A stretch of DNA of 63,996 nt, counting the filler, from Atractiella rhizophila (lineage: Eukaryota), in assembly GCA_021432655.1 (NCBI GenBank). It is 45 parts of 45 records of this genome, joined end to end, with 100 filler letters (N's around TTAATTAATTAA, not from the genome) between each part and the next. Parts side by side here need not be neighbours in the genome. Positions count along the whole stretch, not along the records: positions 59,963 to 61,243 come from MU273043.1; positions 61,344 to 62,623 come from MU273044.1; positions 62,724 to 63,996 come from MU273047.1; 42 more parts are not named here. One strand, 5' to 3'. The translations under genes were made by a program, and so were the position numbers. The notes beneath the pieces were generated by a model, which had not been told where the DNA came from, did not search any database, and saw nothing but the letters and a program-made list of their open reading frames with translations. Shown here one piece after another: positions 59,963 to 63,996 of this stretch. Position 1 is the first letter of the stretch. Each line of letters starts with the position of its first letter.

Positions 59963-61243
59963 AGCAACACAATGTGTCGAGTAAATTTCTCACAGAAGCG
60001 GTATCTCATTGAGCGTTGTATGGATGGAAACATCGTAAATCTAGGTTCCAATAACTCATGATGTAAATGTGGAAGACAGTAAACTCACGTAGATAAACTT
60101 GAAACTGTCCAAGAGTCCACTCTCGTCTTCTCGTGTTCTTCGAGCCCAAATCTTCATAAATATAACCCAGGCAACTCGAAGCAGTTGTTTTCCAAGACCT
60201 GGTTGAAGCTTATTTGTGGAACTGATCATGCTGAACAGCACAGAAAGAGAGTTCTGGTCAGAACGGAGAAGTAATGGGGATTCTGGTGAGATGGCGAGAT
60301 CGACGGATCGTTGCATCAAACGCATCCAGACATCATATCGAGCATAGCCTTGCTGGCGAAGGTCCAGAGGCTCGTCTAAGAGTGTCTGCTTGGGAAGCTC
60401 CGGTAACCAATGCGTTCCAAGGATGGCCTGTCCACATCTGAGCTAGGAGGCAGGATTAAAAAATCTTTGCTTGCGGAGTGATATGTCCATCGCACGCCAA
60501 GCATCAAGGCGTACGAAACCCAAATCTAGTCCCTTCGCATCAACACGGTGAATTCTGGGCAGAATAAAGTACCTCAACCAGGTCTGAGAGTTCTTTTGGA
60601 TTGTTTTCTGACCTGAATGCTTGATAAGACGTGTAAGAAGAAGGCAAGCCGTAGTTAGTGGCTCCATCGAGGATGACGCCAGCATATCCCATTCCCACTA
60701 GAATTGCTTCAGTGAACCAGTGAACCGAGACACAATAGAACTACGAACAGGCCAATAAATGGTCCCCCAAGCTTTGAGAAAGGTGATAGCGTCCTAATCG
60801 GGAATCAAGAGATGAATCGTTCAGTTGGATAGTTCGTAAAATTTGGTCTTCCCGGTCGTAGTTGGTTTCCTTCCTGTCACAAAGTCATGCGATAAATTGT
60901 ATCGAGCAGCTAGTCATGTCTGCTTACAGATGACGACGAGACCGAAAAACTGAGTACTTGTCCCCTCGCTTCCTCTTCCCATCATTACGTCTTTCATTCT
61001 TCCGAATTTTCGAAATGTCAGCATGCAAATCCTTCGATGAGCTGTAGGGTCCTTGTGAGAGTTGTTTGAGGTTCCACCTTTCGCCAGAAACGCGTTGATT
61101 CGATATAGGGGCAAACTACTAAGAAGAGCGAACCGTCTCCGCGCCGGGTCAGTATCTGTATGGCTTCTGGTGACCGATACTGAACAAGGTAGATTCTCTG
61201 CTGCACAAGAGGTGCAGATAGTTCCTTGAAATTCTTGAAATGG
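59963..61243 (+). repeat. Redundant contig, direct duplicate of 57198-58478
   Basis: Same sequence. Confidence 0.95.
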
Positions 61244-61343
61244 NNNNNNNNNNNNNNNNNNNNNNNNNNNNNNNNNNNNNNNNNNNNTTAATTAATTAAN
61301 NNNNNNNNNNNNNNNNNNNNNNNNNNNNNNNNNNNNNNNNNNN

Positions 61344-61820
61344 TACGCTTCAGGATCAGCTGCTTCGAGTGCTAGTTCAGTATCGGGACCCCTCCCCAAC
61401 TTGCCGGTTCCGCCTCCCCGCCGTCTTGCCTCGAGTCTGAACGGTCGCTGCGTTATCTTTGCAGTTTCCGCTTCTTTGCCCGAGAAACAAAGGGCAGAGT
61501 TGGTAGACGCCGGTATTGACGGGTGGATGCTGAAACCGCTGGATTTTAAGCGACTCAACGTCCTCATGAAGGGAATACTGGACGGGAAGCAACGACAGAA
61601 AGATCTCTACACGTATGTGTTATTCACCTCCTGGGTATGTACTCACCAACATCTTAACAGCCCTGGCAGTTGGGAGAAAGGAGGCTGGTTGCGGCTTCAA
61701 CCAACACTGACGATGTCTAAGGAGTCGAAGCCATCTGCCGCCTCGTCTAGTCTCCTCTCCCCTCAAACTCCATTCTCTCCCTCTCCCTCTCCACTGCAAG
61801 CAAACTCGTCCTCAAAATAG
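61344..61820 (+). CDS. Hybrid histidine kinase receiver domain, fungal phytochrome (FphA)-like C-terminus
   Basis: LNGRCVIFAVSASL...DAGIDGWMLKPLDFKRLNVLMKGI...LYT|PGSWEKGGW; AVSASL and the PGxWExGGW tail are typical of fungal phytochromes. Confidence 0.8.
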   Translation, partial: YASGSAASSASSVSGPLPNLPVPPPRRLASSLNGRCVIFAVSASLPEKQRAELVDAGIDGWMLKPLDFKRLNVLMKGILDGKQRQKDLYTYVLFTSWVCTHQHLNSPGSWEKGGWLRLQPTLTMSKESKPSAASSSLLSPQTPFSPSPSPLQANSSSK

Positions 61821-62723
61821 TTACCTTTGGCCCTTCCCAAACCAGATTCTCATTAACATCGTTTTTCTTTGATTGAAAGCTTTCCTTACGTTCTTCTCAC
61901 TTATCGCATCCACTTTTTCGCCACCAATCTACTATCGCACCCCCAAGGAGGAAACTAAAACAAAACTGTCAAGTATAGAATTCATTGTGGATTGCTTTTT
62001 GTATTGTTTCTAAAGAGGCATGAGTTGAGATGTGTGCTGTCCATAGACAGAAGGTCGTTCTCCGGAATCAGAATGGGTTGGAAATGTGAATTTTTGTTAT
62101 CCAAAACAACTTGTTATTGATGAGTGCAACGTTTGTTCCCCATTTGAACTTTCTTCGTTCGACGTTCAGGCTCGATTGTTTTATGTACTTTCGAATGTGA
62201 AGGAATAAACACGATCCATCTTTTCCGCTCAACAGTTCCTTGGCAACATTGTAGATCAACGGTACAGTGAACTTAAAACTAACTTTGAAGTACCCATGTC
62301 TCCGCGTCCACATTGAGGCATCAGCTTCAGACTGACGAAACTATTTATTATTATGAGCGAAGTCACTTTGATTTGGACCAACGTCCCTTGACTGTGGGAG
62401 GTAAATACGCTCAGTCTCCCATCCATGCAAGAAAAACCCCACTTCATGAAATGATCTTCCCACGCACAATAGACAAAGATACCTCTCAGATTATCACAGC
62501 TCAGGAAGTCGGAGCCAAATCGACATATGGACCATGGCGTTATCGTCATCTCCCCCTTCCTGACGCAGTGGAAGCTTTGAGAGAATTGGCGAATCCCGTG
62601 ATCGAAGAGGTCGAGGACGTACANNNNNNNNNNNNNNNNNNNNNNNNNNNNNNNNNNNNNNNNNNNNTTAATTAATTAANNNNNNNNNNNNNNNNNNNNN
62701 NNNNNNNNNNNNNNNNNNNNNNN

Positions 62724-63052
62724 GACGGAGAAGGGGGTGATGGATGGGAATGGAAAGGGGTACGAGGTGGACGTCATCATCTGCACGACTGGCTTCGACA
62801 TCTCTTCAAGCCTCGGTTTCCATTATTTGGGACAAAAGGAGTGAGGTGTGGAAGGATAGGGCAAGCGCGTATCAGCGCATGTTCGTCCCTGTATTCCCTA
62901 ATTATCTCGGTATGATTCCACATCTTTCCTTTTCTGCTCTGCGTCCGAATGAGATCGTTCGTTTCATTGTCATGGGCCCTGGCTCGCCTTCTGCTCACGG
63001 GCTCACTGCACTCATCCCTTCGACGGAACACGTCTCGGACTACACGATAAAG
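62724..63052 (+). pseudogene. Baeyer-Villiger/flavin monooxygenase fragment, frameshifted
   Basis: YEVDVIICTTGFD in one frame; WKDRASAY..FVPVFPNYL and MGPGSPSAHG..LIPSTE in another. Confidence 0.7.
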
Positions 63053-63996
63053 GTCAATCTCATCATGTATGCTTCAGTTTTCAATCGAACTGATAAATCT
63101 AACATAAACGACTGAAAGACCCAGGTGCCCCATCATGGCCGTTGTAGCAGTTCTGTGTGCGCCAGAGGAGTGAGCATGAGAGGTGGTAGATGTCTAAGTT
63201 CTCAGTCTCTAAGTTTGTACATGTTTGTAGCTGCCACAGGCAGCGTGAAAATAAAGTGATGTATATAGAGAGTCAATATGGAACTGAAATGGCAGTGAAA
63301 AGAATAGATAGCAGAAATGAAATGGCAGTGAAATAATGAGTTGAACCACTGGTAGTGTTGCTAGCTATCTTTTGCTCCTAATCTTCCCTCCTACAATCTT
63401 CCCTTCCGGATCTGTTGCGTAAAAGTGTTTAAGTCGTTGTGTGTGGAAGTATCCTCCTACTCTGATCCCATTGAGCGTCTCTAATATTGATGATTGTGCG
63501 TTTGCGGATTCCTTCCCTTCAACGTTGCCTCTCTTCCCAGTGATCCTACTAAGGGTACTTTAGGGTTCAACCCTGGCTCTTTCAGGAATGAGATCCAGGC
63601 TGAATCATTGCCTCCTGGGCATCTAGGGTACAACCCTGCCTATGTCACGAACAGGATCCTGGCTGAATCCTTGCCTCCTCGCGGCATCTGTGGCATGGAA
63701 TGGGGAGGTAGAGCTCATCCTTGTACAGCACAACCAGTCCCACATCTTGAAAAGCAATTCAGAGCTGCACGAACCGGAAGTTTTCCTCATACAGGATGCT
63801 GATGAAATATGAGTAGAGTGGGAAGGGGATAAGGAAGCAGAAAGTGAGGTGAAGGAAAGATGGAAGTATGCATTCCTAGCAAGAGAACTGGAGAAGGGGT
63901 TAGGAGTCAAGAATGACGAAGAAAGGTGAGTACCCAACTCCTGTATCAGCAAGCAGTCCACTCATCATGTCCCACACCCAGAACCTCTGCGGAGGA

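Noticed and set aside
1..63996. tRNA or rRNA genes
   Set aside because: No cloverleaf or conserved rRNA stretch recognised by eye; tRNAscan-SE and barrnap would be decisive.

Overview
This window is not contiguous genome. It is 45 short contigs (about 1370 down to 1270 bp, sorted by decreasing length) joined by 44 artificial 100-nt linkers (N44-TTAATTAATTAA-N44), so nothing can be inferred across linkers. The content is an intron-rich, gene-dense basidiomycete-type fungal genome with short GT-AG introns. Recognisable gene fragments: ROT1, KRE33/NAT10, IKS1-like kinase, S9 peptidase, F-box-like protein, EMC8/9 (two diverged copies), GPI16, a U1-type zinc-finger protein, alpha-actinin, CHL1/DDX11, a vWA protein, NEDD8/RUB1, a damaged flavin-dependent halogenase, FMO/BVMO and FAD-oxidase enzymes, RICTOR/AVO3, PP2A B56, ALKBH1, a FunK1 kinase and a phytochrome-like receiver domain. 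Mobile DNA includes four hAT fragments, a Helitron helicase, a LINE fragment and solo LTR-like repeats. The best leads are (1) a compact, apparently intact gag-only Copia-type LTR element of about 1.4 kb with PBS, PPT and no pol, and (2) a candidate intronic H/ACA snoRNA in an unusually long EMC8/9 intron retained in both gene copies. All protein assignments come from motif recognition by eye; no database searches were run.
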